64,000 nucleotides of DNA from an uncultured Gemmatimonadales bacterium (GCA_963842945.1 CAWJIM010000024.1:1-64000); one strand, 5' to 3'. Positions 40,402 to 51,771 are shown, counted from the stretch's first letter. Notes: generated by a model not told the origin, from the sequence alone. Numbers and translations: made by a program.

Positions 40402-40507
40402 TAGTCGCGAGTCAGGAGTCGCGAGTCGAGAGAGTCGCCGTGAAGATCTAGCAGGCTTAGTGCTAGCGGACTCTAGCTCATGACTCGCAGCTTGTGACTC
40501 GCGACTA
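40402..40507. repeat. Inverted heptamer-array element TA-(GTCGCGA)x4 ... (TCGCGAC)x4-TA
   Basis: Left arm 40404-40431, right arm 40478-40505, central hairpin ctagca/tgctag. Confidence 0.8.
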
Positions 40508-41137
40508 AACCAATCGATCCACCAGTTCTGTGATATCTCGTCCGGTGAACCCCCGTCGAGCCAGGTATGCCACCAGGCGGCGACGTTTGGTCTGGCGAGG
40601 GAGTGCGCCAAGCTGGGCAGCGCGCTTCTGGGCGAGCGCCAGCGGGACGGTCGACCGGTCGCTGCCCTCGGGCCAATGGCTGGCTATAGCACGGTCGATG
40701 ACGGCCCGCTCCACCCCCATGGCCATGAGGTCTCGGACCAACCGAGCCGGGCCGCGCCCCCGGGCAGCGCGGGTTTCGACGTAGCTCTGGGCAAAGGCGG
40801 CATCGTCCAACAGGCCGAGCTGCGCGGTGCGCTCCAGAGCAACCTCGACGGCGGCACGCGGGTGTCCCTTGCGCTGCAGCCGGCGCGCGAGATCGCCCCG
40901 GGCGAATGATCGTGCCTCCAGGGCGCGCAGCGCGGTACGGAAGGCAGCCTCGGCATCGGCTGCTGCGCTGAGCCGCTCCTGGAGCTGCTGGTCGAGCTCC
41001 CCACCCACTCTGAGGTTTTCTGCCGTTGCCACCTGGCGAGGGACCGCGCCAAAGCGCATGCCGTCGATCTCGATCCGCATCGCATCGGGGCGGCGCGGAT
41101 CGGGATCGAGGGCCGTAATTCGGGCTACGGCGTTCAC
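40505..41137 (-). CDS. recX: Regulatory protein RecX
   Basis: Follows recA; GLLDD..FA, RG..RL..DL...GV, YLARRGF. Confidence 0.9.
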   Translation of the reverse strand: MNAVARITALDPDPRRPDAMRIEIDGMRFGAVPRQVATAENLRVGGELDQQLQERLSAAADAEAAFRTALRALEARSFARGDLARRLQRKGHPRAAVEVALERTAQLGLLDDAAFAQSYVETRAARGRGPARLVRDLMAMGVERAVIDRAIASHWPEGSDRSTVPLALAQKRAAQLGALPRQTKRRRLVAYLARRGFTGRDITELVDRLV

Positions 41138-41140
41138 TGG

Positions 41141-42206
41141 CTACTCGTCCGAGTCACCGCCGGCACCGGCTCCAACTCCGACCGGTGCGCGCATGCCCAG
41201 GAGCTCTTTGACTTTGCCTTCAACCTCGGTCAGCAGCACCGGATTGTCGCGCAGGAACAGCTTGGCGTTTTCCCGGCCCTGGCCGATGCGCTGGTCGCCG
41301 TAAGAATACCAGGCGCCCGACTTTTGAATGATGCCGGCTTCAGAGGCGAGGTCGACCAGGAGAGACGTGTGGCTGATGCCCTCATCGAACATCACGTCGA
41401 ACTCGGCCTGGCGGAATGGCGGCGCGACCTTGTTCTTGACCACTTTGACCCTGACGTGGTTTCCGATGACGGTCTCCCGCTCCTTGACCGGTCCGATGCG
41501 GCGGATGTCGAGCCGGAGCGAGGCGTAGAACTTGAGCGCCTTGCCGCCCGGTGGTGGTTTCCGGATTACCGAACATGACCCCGATCTTTTCCCGCAGCTG
41601 ATTGATGAACACCACCGCGCAGTTGGAGCGATTGATGGCGCCGGCGAGCTTCCGGAGAGCCTGGCTCATGAGACGGGCCTGAAGTCCCATGTGACTATCG
41701 CCCATTTCACCCTCGATTTCCGCCTTGGGCACCAGAGCGGCAACGGAGTCGATGACCACCAGATCAACCGCGCCGGACCGGACCAGGATCTCGACGATCT
41801 CGAGCGCCTGCTCACCGGTATCCGGCTGGGAGACCAGCAGGTTCTCGATGTCCACGCCCAGCTTCTTGGCGTACTCGATGTCCAGCGCGTGCTCCGCGTC
41901 GACGTAGGCGGCTACGCCGCCCGTCTTCTGAACGTTGGCGGCGAGATGGAGGGTGAGAGTGGTTTTGCCCGAGGACTCGGGTCCATAGATCTCGGTGATG
42001 CGGCCCCGGGGAATTCCACCGACCCCGGTGGCAGCATCCAGATTGATGGCCCCGGTAGAAATGGCGGCCACTTTGACCCGCGGAGTATCCGCGCCCATCC
42101 GCATGATGGCTCCCTTGCCGAGCTGCTTCTCGATTTGGGAGATGGCGAGTCCGAGTGCCTTGCGGCGGTCGGCCTCGAGCCGGCTTTCATCAGGAGCAGC
42201 AGCCAT
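41141..42206 (-). CDS. recA: Recombinase RecA; indel near 41545
   Basis: [46 protein letters not shown]. Confidence 0.97.
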
Positions 42207-42257
42207 TCTATCCTCGATTAAAAGTGACCGATTTTGCTACACCGAGTAGCGGATCCC

Positions 42258-42286
42258 AACCTAATACCGAAAGCAAACCGAAGCAA
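42258..42286 (-). promoter_or_regulatory. recA sigma70-type promoter overlapped by a TTCGGT-N5-TTCGGT direct repeat
   Basis: TTGCTT-N17-TAGGTT on the minus strand; ACCGAA at 42266 and 42277 on the plus strand. Confidence 0.5.
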
Positions 42287-42314
42287 GATTGTCGGATGAC
42301 CGAATTTCGAGTCA

Positions 42315-42734
42315 CTACATACCCCATCGCGTGCTCAAACGCCACGCGTCCGCAACGTGCTCCACCGCGTGGGTGCCCCCGGCGCCAACCTGCACCAGCA
42401 ACACATCGAACCGGTATTCATCGTCGGGACGGCCATGCCGGAGAATCCAGCCGTTGGCCACCCGGGCAATGTCTCGCTGTTTCCGGGCGCTTACCGCCTC
42501 GAGTCCGCTCCCATAACTGATCGAGCGCCGGGTTTTGACTTCGACGAAAGCCACCAGACGACCCTTTCGAACGACCAGATCGATGTCGTGATGGCCCAGC
42601 CGGAATCGGTGCGCCTCGACCGACCAGCCACACGAGGTGAGGAAGGCCATGGCCAGCCGCTCGCCTTCCACACCGAGCACCTGGCGCTCATCTTCCCACT
42701 CGATGACCGGAACGAACCGGCGGGTTACGCTCAT
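42315..42734 (-). CDS. YraN (UPF0102) family protein
   Basis: G..GE..A..FL, IDLV, FVEVKTR, RFDV. Confidence 0.88.
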   Translation of the reverse strand: MSVTRRFVPVIEWEDERQVLGVEGERLAMAFLTSCGWSVEAHRFRLGHHDIDLVVRKGRLVAFVEVKTRRSISYGSGLEAVSARKQRDIARVANGWILRHGRPDDEYRFDVLLVQVGAGGTHAVEHVADAWRLSTRWGM

Positions 42735-43040
42735 GCACCACAGTATGCGCCGCCCGTCGAAGAAAGAGATCGCTCTGCTGCGGTGCGGGGCAGGAAAGTG
42801 CGACGTGGCCTGATGATTCCAGAGCCACCACGGGACAGCCGATTGGAGGGGGAGTAGTGTCCTACGCCGTTCAAGGCAAGCAGTACGTCGCCGCGGCGTC
42901 GGGACCTCATGCCCCGGTGACATGGCGCCTGAAGACCTCTCCTGCAAAGTTGGTAGTGTACAGCCTGCCGTAGCCGCTTTTAACTGCCCCGAGCTTCAGG
43001 GCATTCCCGGGTTTCCCCGCAATCGGGAGAGACAGCCACA

Positions 43041-44786
43041 GTGAAAACCACCGGGTTGGCGCTCGTCGACTATGCCATCATTGCCGTCTACTTCCTCTTC
43101 GTGCTCGGAGTAGGCTGGCTGGTCCGTCGCTCCGTCCACACCAGCAAGGATTTCTTCGAGGCGGGTCGCCGCACCCCCGCCTGGGTCGCAGGGCTCGCCT
43201 TCGTGTCGGCGAACCTGGGTGCTCAGGAGGTCATCGGCATGGGCGCCTCGGGTGCTAAATACGGCATTGCTACGGCGCATTTCTATTGGGTAGGCGCCAT
43301 ACCGGCCATGGTTTTCGTCGCCCTCTTCATGATGCCGTTCTACTACGGATCACGCGCTCGCAGCGTCCCGGAGTACCTGCGCCTGCGCTTCGATGAGAAA
43401 ACGAGGGCCTTTAATGCCGGCTCGTTCGCGGTGATGACGGTGTTTTCCTCCGGCGTCTCCATGTATGCCATGGGCAAGCTGTTCAACTTGCTGCTCGGCT
43501 GGGACATGGACGCGAGCATGCTGGCCGCCGCCGCAGTGGTCCTGGCGTATACCACCCTTGGCGGGCTCACCAGCGCCATCTACAACGAGGTGCTTCAATT
43601 CTGCCTGATTGTAGCCGGACTGCTCCCGCTGGTCTTCCTTGGCCTCCGGGATGTCGGGGGGTGGGACGGGCTCACCGCCAAGCTGGGGCTTGCCGCGACG
43701 GGCCAAGGCTATCCGCCGGGGGCCTACACCGAGGCCTGGAGACATCTGGGAGACCCCTCGCAGAACCCGGTCGGGGTGGAGTGGCTCGGCCTGGTCATGG
43801 GCCTGGGCTTTGTCCTCTCCTTCGGCTACTGGTGCACCGATTTCCTGGTGGTCCAGCGTGCCATGGCCGCAGACTCGATCACTGCCGCGCGGCGAACCCC
43901 ATTGATCGCCGCGATTCCAAAGATGCTGTTTCCCGCCCTGGTAATTCTGCCGGGAATGATCGCCTTTGCCCTTACCGCGTCAGGTGGCGCGTTGATTCCA
44001 ATAAAGCTCACCGGGGCACTCCAGCCGCTGCTCGATGCGCACGGACGCCAGGTGCTGGACTACGACCTGGCGACCCCGTCCATGTTGCTGCACTACTTTC
44101 CCAACGGCATGCTCGGGCTCGGCCTCACGGCGCTGCTGGCGTCGTTCATGTCCGGGATGGCCGGCAACGTGACCGCATTCAACACCGTATGGACCTACGA
44201 CATCTATCAGAGCTACATCCGGCCTGGGGCCTCGGATGCGCACTATCTCTGGGTGGGCCGGGCCGCGACAGTCGGCGGCGTGCTGCTCTCCATCGGCGCG
44301 GCCTACGTGGCGCGGTCGTTCAACAACATCATGGATGTTCTGCAGCTGGTCTTTGCTTTCGTCAACGCGCCGTTATTCGCCACCTTTGCGCTGGGAATGT
44401 TCTGGCGACGTACCACCGGACATGGCGCATTCGTGGGGCTGGTATCCGGCACGCTGGCGGCAGCCATTCACCACGGTCTCACGCTGCCTGCGGGAGCGGT
44501 TCCCGGAGTGAAGGGCGGGTACTTCGGCCTGCTCCATGTCTTTCCCAGCGAGTTGGCGCAGACCTTCTGGACCGCAATCGCGGCGTTTACCACCTGTGCC
44601 CTGGTGACGACTCTGGTTACCCTGGTGACGCGTCCCCGCCCCGATGCCGAGCTCCGGGGCCTGGTATACTCCTTGACCCCGCGGGCAGGTAGTACTGACG
44701 CGCAGCTGACCTGGTACCATCGGCCCGCGGTGCTGGCCGCGTTTGTCCTGGGCGCCACTCTGGTGCTCAACCTGATTTTCTGGTGA
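43041..44786 (+). CDS. Sodium:solute symporter family protein (probably sugar)
   Basis: DFF.AGR, SANLGAQE, SVPEYL.LRF, YWCTDFLVVQR; multi-TM. Confidence 0.93.
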   Translation: MKTTGLALVDYAIIAVYFLFVLGVGWLVRRSVHTSKDFFEAGRRTPAWVAGLAFVSANLGAQEVIGMGASGAKYGIATAHFYWVGAIPAMVFVALFMMPFYYGSRARSVPEYLRLRFDEKTRAFNAGSFAVMTVFSSGVSMYAMGKLFNLLLGWDMDASMLAAAAVVLAYTTLGGLTSAIYNEVLQFCLIVAGLLPLVFLGLRDVGGWDGLTAKLGLAATGQGYPPGAYTEAWRHLGDPSQNPVGVEWLGLVMGLGFVLSFGYWCTDFLVVQRAMAADSITAARRTPLIAAIPKMLFPALVILPGMIAFALTASGGALIPIKLTGALQPLLDAHGRQVLDYDLATPSMLLHYFPNGMLGLGLTALLASFMSGMAGNVTAFNTVWTYDIYQSYIRPGASDAHYLWVGRAATVGGVLLSIGAAYVARSFNNIMDVLQLVFAFVNAPLFATFALGMFWRRTTGHGAFVGLVSGTLAAAIHHGLTLPAGAVPGVKGGYFGLLHVFPSELAQTFWTAIAAFTTCALVTTLVTLVTRPRPDAELRGLVYSLTPRAGSTDAQLTWYHRPAVLAAFVLGATLVLNLIFW

Positions 44787-44823
44787 GGAGCGTCGGACCT
44801 GAACCCATCGGAGGAGAGAGTGT

Positions 44824-45057
44824 ATGCCGCTTGATGTGCGATTGCCGATTAGCGGTCTGTTTGTCGCGGTAGGTCTTCTGCTGCTGGGCTATGGAGCGGG
44901 AGTCGAGGGGCTGGGGACGAGCGAGGGAGAGCTGAACGCGATCTGGGGTCTGGTCATGCTGCTCTTCGGCGTCGTGCTCGGCTACTATGGCATGCGGAGT
45001 GAGCGCCGCGGCCGGTCGATCGCAGAACGCAATGCGACACATCCCGATGTCAAATAG
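44824..45057 (+). CDS. Small two-TM protein downstream of the symporter
   Basis: GGAGGAGAG SD; LDVR.PI.GLF, N..WGLVM. Confidence 0.7.
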   Translation: MPLDVRLPISGLFVAVGLLLLGYGAGVEGLGTSEGELNAIWGLVMLLFGVVLGYYGMRSERRGRSIAERNATHPDVK

Positions 45058-45113
45058 CCCCTCCGTACTTGACTCACATATCCCCTCCTCCCCGCTTCCC
45101 CCTTCCCCGCTTG

Positions 45114-47382
45114 TTACCCGCAGTACTCGTCCAGCTGATCGAACCCCACCAGAACGTCGCGCGGTTTGCTTCCGTCGGGCGGGCCCAGGATGCCGGCGTA
45201 GTGTAGCTGGTCGATGATCCGCGCAGCGCGGCCATACCCGATCCTGAGGCGTCGCTGCAGCAGCGAGGTGGATCCTCCCTGGTTCTGAATGCAGGCTTCG
45301 GCGGCTTCCCGAAACAGCGGATCCCGCTCGCCTTCCTGTGCCTCCGGGCCCGACTCGCCCTCGGCCTCCTGAGCCCGGACCAGCTCGAGGATGTCGGCTT
45401 CCTGGGCCTCGGCCGCCTCATGTGCCGCGCGCCGGGCGGCCCGCCGGGCGACGTACCAGTCCATCACCCGCTCCGATTCGTCGGTGCTGATATAGGCGCC
45501 CTGCAGCCGCATCGGCTCACTCTTGCCGGGAGGCAGGAACAGCATATCACCGTTGCCCAGGAGCGCTTCCGCGCCGTTCTGGTCGAGGATGGTCCGGCTA
45601 TCGACCTTGGACGCCACCCGGAATGCGATCCGGCTGGGGAAGTTGGCCTTGATCAGGCCGGTGATCACGTTGACCGACGGACGCTGGGTGGCAAGGATCA
45701 GGTGTATGCCGATGGCCCTGGCCTTCTGGGCCAGAATAGCCAGCGGAGTTTCTACCTCACCCTGCACCGTCATCATGAGATCGGCCAGCTCATCGATGAT
45801 CATGACGATGAACGGCAGCACCCCATCGCGATACGTCTCGTCCACCGCCTCTTCTGGGGGAGTGTCCGGCGCCTCAGCGCTGACCGTGGTCAGCGTGGGC
45901 TTGGGCCGAGGCGGGTGCCTGAGCGGCTTGCCTTCCTCCACCTTCCGGTTGAAGTCGGCGATGTTGCGGGCCCCATTGGCCTGCAGCAGCTCGTAGCGCC
46001 GCTGCATCTCGAACACCGCCCACTTGAGCACGGATGCGGCATCGTGATTGTTCGTGACGACCTTATGGCGGAGATGGGGAAGCGCGTTGTACATCGACAG
46101 CTCCACCATCTTGGGATCGATCATCAGAAATCGCAGGTGCTTCTGGGTATAGCGATAGATCAGACTGCTGATGATGGTATTGATGGTGACCGACTTGCCG
46201 GTGCCCGTTGCGCCGGCTATCAGCAGATGCGGCATCTTGGTCAGGTCGGCGATGACCGGTTTTCCCTCCAGATCGTGGCCCAGCGCTATGGGAAGAACGG
46301 CGCGCCGATTGGCCCAATCGGATGACTCGAACAGCTCTCGCAACGTGACGATGCGTGCGGTGGGATTGGGGATCTCGACTCCGACGGCGCCCTTCCCGGG
46401 AATAGGAGCGACCCTGACCGAGGGAACCCTCATCGCGATGGCCAGGTCGTCGGCCAGGGAGCCGATCCGCCCGGCTTTCACCCCGGGTGCCGGCACCACC
46501 TCGAACTGGGTGACCACCGGACCCGTGGTACGCGGGCCGGGCCGGCCCTCCACCTTGAATGTCCGCAGGGTCTCGATCAGCGAATTCCCCAGTCGGTCCA
46601 GCTGAGCCTCTCCGGCGTCAACGTCCTGGTCTGAGGGCGGGGTGAGCAGTTCCACGGGCGGCAAATCCGACTCCTCGTCGACCATCGCCAGCGCGTCGGC
46701 CGAGTTCTTTTTCGCCTTCTTCTCTTTTCGTTGCCGAGAGTCAGTAGGGCGGAGAAAGGATAAGATAGGGGCGGGCTCCGCCGGAGGTTCGGCCGGCTCC
46801 GGCTCGACGGCTTTCCGTTTCCGCCGCTCGGACCTGACGCTGCGCTCGTCAGGCGTATTTGCTGCCCCGCTTCCCCGCTGCCCCGCCTCCCCGCCTCTTT
46901 CCAGCCGTTGCAGCGGATGCCAGGCGAACGTGGCGAGAGTCAAGGCGGAAAGCGCCAGGAACCCGAGCAGCACGGCCCCAGCGACGCCAACCTTTTCCGA
47001 GATTGCCTCCGCGAAGAAACCGGGCAGCACACCGACGATGCGAGCAGCGAAGCCACGTTGGGCGACGTCGATGTCCAGGTCGCTTCTCCCCACGTGGGTT
47101 ATCACTCCCACCAGGTACGGAATGAGCAGGCTCAGTCCGACGATGAGCACCGCCGATCGCTTCATGTCGAGGTTGCCCAATCGGTCGAATCCCGCCAGCG
47201 CCAGCCCGGCCCCGAGCAGCGGAATACCCACCGCGCCCGCACCGAGGATTTGCCAGAGCCCATGGCCGATGTAGCGGCCAACCGGCCCCGTGATCGGGAA
47301 TCGGGAGCAAGGTGAGGCCGACAAAGAGACCCAGCACCAGAGCGGTGAGGGCTCCCAGCCGACGGCGGGAGTCGGTACTCAT
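45114..47382 (-). CDS. ftsK: DNA translocase FtsK; indel near 47310
   Basis: N-terminal TM segments, MPHLLIAGATGTGKS, IDELADLM, ATQRPS, LQRRLRIGYGRAARI. Confidence 0.95.
46862..46893. repeat. Octamer array (C[TC][GT]CCCCG)x4 inside the ftsK linker
   Basis: ctgccccg cttccccg ctgccccg cctccccg, encodes GEAGQRGSGAA. Confidence 0.72.
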
Positions 47383-48123
47383 ACCGGCACAGCTGCCAGG
47401 GTGACCCGCCGCTCGTGGTATAGAGGCAGCACCGGATACGCATCCATCCGGGCAGCCTCACGCAGGTCTTCCCGGAACCCCAGCTTCACCAGCTCGCGCC
47501 CGGCCCGGCTGTACGTCAGTGGACGCTCCCATCCATCGCGATAGCGTCGAACCAGATCGAGGCACGCTATGGCCGCGTCGTTCAGGCCCCGTCGGGGCCT
47601 GGGGCTACCCAGAACCGCCGCTGCGAAACGCCCGGCACAGTAGGCATCATCAAGGGAGAAAGCAGCCTCCCGGCCCGCGCACACGATCAGGATATGCCGG
47701 TCACTTTCCAGTACCTCGCGCGCCTTTTCAGCCGCCGCGGACAAGATTTACTGCGGCGGTGGGATACACTGCGGTGGCTCCCTGGGTAGCGAGGAGAGCC
47801 TTGGTCCCGTTGCTGGTGGTTACGATGATAGTCTTCCCTCGCACCGCCAGCTCGGTCATCTCCAGCGGGCTGTTGCCAAGGTGGAACCCGGGAATCCGGA
47901 CGCAGTCTTTCTCGCCCGCCAGAAGTACGTCCGCGCTTCCGATAGTCTGGGCCAGCCGAAGGGCCTCTTCGGTGGAGGCGACCGGAATGATCGCCTTGGC
48001 GCCCCGGCTCAAGGCGGCGCACATCGAGGTTGTGGCCCGCAGGATATCGATGACGAATACGGATCTCCCCTGCACCTCGGCTGAAGTCAGACCGGCGGGT
48101 GAAAACAGGATATCGATTCTCAT
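47379..48123 (-). CDS. comB: 2-phosphosulfolactate phosphatase family protein; indel near 47740
   Basis: [11 protein letters not shown]...GF.LGNSP, TTSNGT, DD.YCAG. Confidence 0.88.
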
Positions 48124-49478
48124 GTTTCCGGCCGCAGCAGGTGAGACTCCCGCTCGAGAAAACGGGTGTCGACCTTCCCCGCGACGAAATCGGGATGGCG
48201 AATGACCCGGGCCAAAAACGGAATTGTTGTGGTGACGCCTTCCAGGATAAAGCTGTCCAGCGCCGGACCCATCCGGCTCAGCGCCTCCTCCCGCGTGTTG
48301 CCGTGAACGATCACCTTGGCCAGCAGCGAATCGTAGTAGGGCGGCACCCTGTATCCGGCGTACACGTGGGTATCGAGCCGAATTCCGGGCCCACCCGGAG
48401 GATGGTAAGCTGTAATCAGGCCGGGCGAAGGTTGGAAGTTACGGTAGGGGTCCTCCGCATTGATCCGGCATTCGATGGCGTGACCCCGAAGTCGCCGGCC
48501 GTCCCCCTGGAAACTGACCGGCTCTCCCGACGCCACGCGAATCTGTTCTTTGACGATGTCAAAGCTGGTCACCATCTCGGTGACCGGATGCTCCACCTGG
48601 ATTCGAGTGTTCATCTCCATGAAGTAGAATTTCCCTTCCGGATCCAGGAGGAATTCGAGCGTCCCCGCGCCGGCGTAACCGATGTTGGAGGCCAGCGCCA
48701 CGGCGGATTGCCCCATCCGGGCCCGCAGCTCGTCATCCAGGGCGGGGCTCGGGCTCTCTTCGATGAGTTTCTGATGGCGGCGCTGCACCGAGCAATCCCG
48801 CTCGCCCATGTGAACGACCTTGCCGTGCAGGTCGCCCATCACCTGGATCTCCACGTGCCTGGGATGCTCCAGATACTTCTCGACATACACCGCGCCATTG
48901 CCGAAGGCTGCCAGGGCTTCGTTTTGGGCCAAACCAAAGAGCTGGGAGAACTGCTCCGGATCATGGGCGATCCGCATGCCCTTTCCGCCGCCGCCTGCTG
49001 TGGCCTTGATGATGACGGGGAAGCCGATCTGGTTGGCAAAGCCCAGAGCGTCGTCCACCTCTTCGATCGTTCCGGGCGAGCCGGGGACGGTAGGAACGCC
49101 CGCCTCAGTAGCCAACCGCCGGGCGGTGGCCTTGTCGCCCATTTGCCGGATCTGGTCCCCGGTCGGGCCGATGAACGTGATGTTGGACGCGCGACAGGTG
49201 TCGGCGAACTCCGCATTCTCCGCCAGAAACCCGTACCCCGGATGAATCGCGTCGGCCCCGGTGATCTCGGCGGCGGCGATGAGATTGGGGATGCGGAGAT
49301 AGGAGTTACGACTGGGCGGCGGCCCGATGCAGACGTCATCGTCGGCAAAGCGGACGTGCAGTGACTCGCGATCGGCCTCGCTGTAAACGGCGACGGTCTC
49401 GACCCCCAGCTCGCGGCACGCGCGGATGACCCGAAGGGCGATCTCCCCCCGGTTGGCGATCAGGACCTTCTTAAACAT
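48120..49478 (-). CDS. accC: Acetyl-CoA carboxylase biotin carboxylase
   Basis: [46 protein letters not shown]. Confidence 0.97.
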   Translation of the reverse strand: MFKKVLIANRGEIALRVIRACRELGVETVAVYSEADRESLHVRFADDDVCIGPPPSRNSYLRIPNLIAAAEITGADAIHPGYGFLAENAEFADTCRASNITFIGPTGDQIRQMGDKATARRLATEAGVPTVPGSPGTIEEVDDALGFANQIGFPVIIKATAGGGGKGMRIAHDPEQFSQLFGLAQNEALAAFGNGAVYVEKYLEHPRHVEIQVMGDLHGKVVHMGERDCSVQRRHQKLIEESPSPALDDELRARMGQSAVALASNIGYAGAGTLEFLLDPEGKFYFMEMNTRIQVEHPVTEMVTSFDIVKEQIRVASGEPVSFQGDGRRLRGHAIECRINAEDPYRNFQPSPGLITAYHPPGGPGIRLDTHVYAGYRVPPYYDSLLAKVIVHGNTREEALSRMGPALDSFILEGVTTTIPFLARVIRHPDFVAGKVDTRFLERESHLLRPET

Positions 49479-49506
49479 GCGGTGGGCTCGAAACCTGCCG
49501 CGGCAT

Positions 49507-50688
49507 CTATGGCGTCAGGTCCAGAGTCTGCGACTTGGCCGCCTCGCCCGTAACCTCGTCGAATTTCCGATCCGATGTCGAATCCACGCCGGACACCCGG
49601 AGCGCGAACTCATTGGGATTGGTGGAGTAGAACAGCGCACTTTCGTAGGAGATCAGCCCGTCCTTGTACCACCGCATTAGTGACTGGTCGAAGGTCTGCA
49701 TCCCGTAGGAGACCGCGCCGTCGGCGATCAGATCGGGAATGAGCAGCGCCTTCTCGATGTCGCGAATATTGTCGGCCACCGCCGCCGTATTGATCAAGAC
49801 CTCGGCCGCGGGAATCCGCCCCCTCCCATCGGCTCGCGGGACCAGCCGCAGCGATACCACCGCCTGGAGCGCGGTCGACAGCAGCATCCGGACTTCCTGG
49901 TGCTGGTGGGGCGGATAAAAGGACAGAATACGGTTGATGGTCTGGCTTGCGTCCGTGGTGTGCAGCGTGGAGAACACCAGGTGGCCCGTGTCGGCGGCCT
50001 TCAGCGCGGTGTCGAGGGTTTCGACGTCGCGGATCTCACCGACCAGAATCACGTCGGGGTCCTGCCGGAGCACGTGACGGAGCGCCATGCCGAAGGAGAT
50101 CGTGTCGTTCCCCACCTCGCGCTGCGAGATATTGGACTGCACGTCGCGATGGAGGAACTCGATCGGGTCTTCGATGGTGATCACGTTGACCCGGCGGTTC
50201 TGGTTGATGTGGTTGATCATCGAGGCCAGCGCCGTGGATTTCCCGGACCCGGTTACCCCGGTCACCAGCACCAGACCGCGGGGACGCAAGGCGATCTCTT
50301 CCAATACCGCCGGCAGACTCAGCTCCCGGACGGTCTTGACCTCATAGGGGATGGCACGAAAGGCAAAGGCGAGCGTACCCCTCTGCTGGTAGATGTTGGT
50401 GCGGAAGCGTCCCACACCGGGAACGCCAATGGCAAAGTCCGCCTCCTTTTTCTCGGCAAACTCCTTGACTTGGCGCGGCGTCATGATCTGCTCCGCCAGC
50501 AGCTTCAGGTCCTCCGGCTTGACCGGCGGCATTTCCAGACTGTGCAGGTCCCCATTCACCCGGACGGTCGGGGGCCGCCCTACCTTGAGCAGCAGATCGG
50601 AGGCGTTCCGCTGGACCATCTGGGAGATGGCCTGCTTGAAGTTGAAGCTGGACTGAGGGGAGGAGGACGGCGCTTTCGCCTCAGCCAT
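49507..50688 (-). CDS. PilT/PilU-family type IV pilus retraction ATPase
   Basis: [57 protein letters not shown] replaced by AVADNIRD. Confidence 0.93.
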   Translation of the reverse strand: MAEAKAPSSSPQSSFNFKQAISQMVQRNASDLLLKVGRPPTVRVNGDLHSLEMPPVKPEDLKLLAEQIMTPRQVKEFAEKKEADFAIGVPGVGRFRTNIYQQRGTLAFAFRAIPYEVKTVRELSLPAVLEEIALRPRGLVLVTGVTGSGKSTALASMINHINQNRRVNVITIEDPIEFLHRDVQSNISQREVGNDTISFGMALRHVLRQDPDVILVGEIRDVETLDTALKAADTGHLVFSTLHTTDASQTINRILSFYPPHQHQEVRMLLSTALQAVVSLRLVPRADGRGRIPAAEVLINTAAVADNIRDIEKALLIPDLIADGAVSYGMQTFDQSLMRWYKDGLISYESALFYSTNPNEFALRVSGVDSTSDRKFDEVTGEAAKSQTLDLTP

Positions 50689-51214
50689 TAGGATCGACCC
50701 GGAAGAGAACCTGCCCGAATTCCACCGGCTGGCTGTCTTCCACCAGGATCTCGCGAACGGAGCCGGCGATTTCCGCCTCGATCTCGTTCATGATTTTCAT
50801 CGCTTCGATGATGCACACGGTTTGTCCTGGAGTTACCCGGTTGCCCACCTTGATATAGGGCTCGGCACCCGGCTCGGGGGCCTTGTAAAACGTGCCCACC
50901 ATTGGCGAGCGGATCTCCTTGAGCTGCGGCGCCGTGCTGGCTGGGCGCGGCGGGGCTTCCCGATGCTCCTGGTCCGCGGCTGAGGCGGCCGGAGGGTGCG
51001 CCACGACCACCGGCGCCGCGGCAGCAACTGGGGCAGCGGTTGTCCGGGTGATCACCACACCGGTGCCGAACCAACCCTTCACCTCGATCGATCCGATCTC
51101 CGGCGTCTCCCGCAGCAGCTGGGCCAGGCGCTTTACATCCTTGAGATCGATGGAGTGAATGCCCGGAACGTTTTGCAGCAGCTCGGCGAGCTCCTGCATC
51201 TCTTGTGGGCTCAT
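50681..51214 (-). CDS. accB: Biotin carboxyl carrier protein
   Basis: SPMVGTFY, IEAMKIMNEI. Confidence 0.96.
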   Translation of the reverse strand: MSPQEMQELAELLQNVPGIHSIDLKDVKRLAQLLRETPEIGSIEVKGWFGTGVVITRTTAAPVAAAAPVVVAHPPAASAADQEHREAPPRPASTAPQLKEIRSPMVGTFYKAPEPGAEPYIKVGNRVTPGQTVCIIEAMKIMNEIEAEIAGSVREILVEDSQPVEFGQVLFRVDPNG

Positions 51215-51771
51215 ACGCGGGTCAAGTACTTGTCTTCGCGGCGGTCGACCCGGATCACCTGGCCCTCCTCGATGAAAAGCGGCACCTGCACCGTGGCACC
51301 CGTCTCCAGGGTGGCCGGCTTGGTTCCGCCGGTGGCGGTATCACCCCGGACGCCCGGGGCGGTTCGGGTGACGGTCAGTTCCACAAAGGAGGGGAGCTCC
51401 ACCGTGATGACCCGATCGTTGTGAACCAGACCCTCACACTCCATCCCTTCCTTCAGGTACTTCAGTTGATCCTGCCCGATCAGCTCGTCGGTCAGCATGA
51501 TGTCGTCGAACGTTTGCTGATCCATGAAGTGATAGAAGTGCCCGTCGACATACGAGAACTGTAGCGCCCGGCGCTCCAGCCGGACGTCGTTCACCCGCTC
51601 TCCCGCAGTGTAGGTCCGATCGATGACCGCGCCGGTTCGGATGTTCTTGAGCTTGGTTCGGACGAAGGCGCCGCCCTTGCCTGGTTTGACGTGCTGGAAG
51701 TAAACCAGCTGAAACAGCTGACCCTCGATCTCGAGAACGAGCCCATTTCTGAAGTCAGCGGTAGATGCCAT
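51211..51771 (-). CDS. efp: Elongation factor P
   Basis: VKPGKGGAF, PGVRGDTA, KPATLETG. Confidence 0.97.
   Translation of the reverse strand: MASTADFRNGLVLEIEGQLFQLVYFQHVKPGKGGAFVRTKLKNIRTGAVIDRTYTAGERVNDVRLERRALQFSYVDGHFYHFMDQQTFDDIMLTDELIGQDQLKYLKEGMECEGLVHNDRVITVELPSFVELTVTRTAPGVRGDTATGGTKPATLETGATVQVPLFIEEGQVIRVDRREDKYLTRV

Noticed and set aside
46862..46893. Octamer arrays as FtsK-orienting KOPS sites
   Set aside because: Units read GGG[CA]AGCG, not GGGNAGGG, and occur in both orientations
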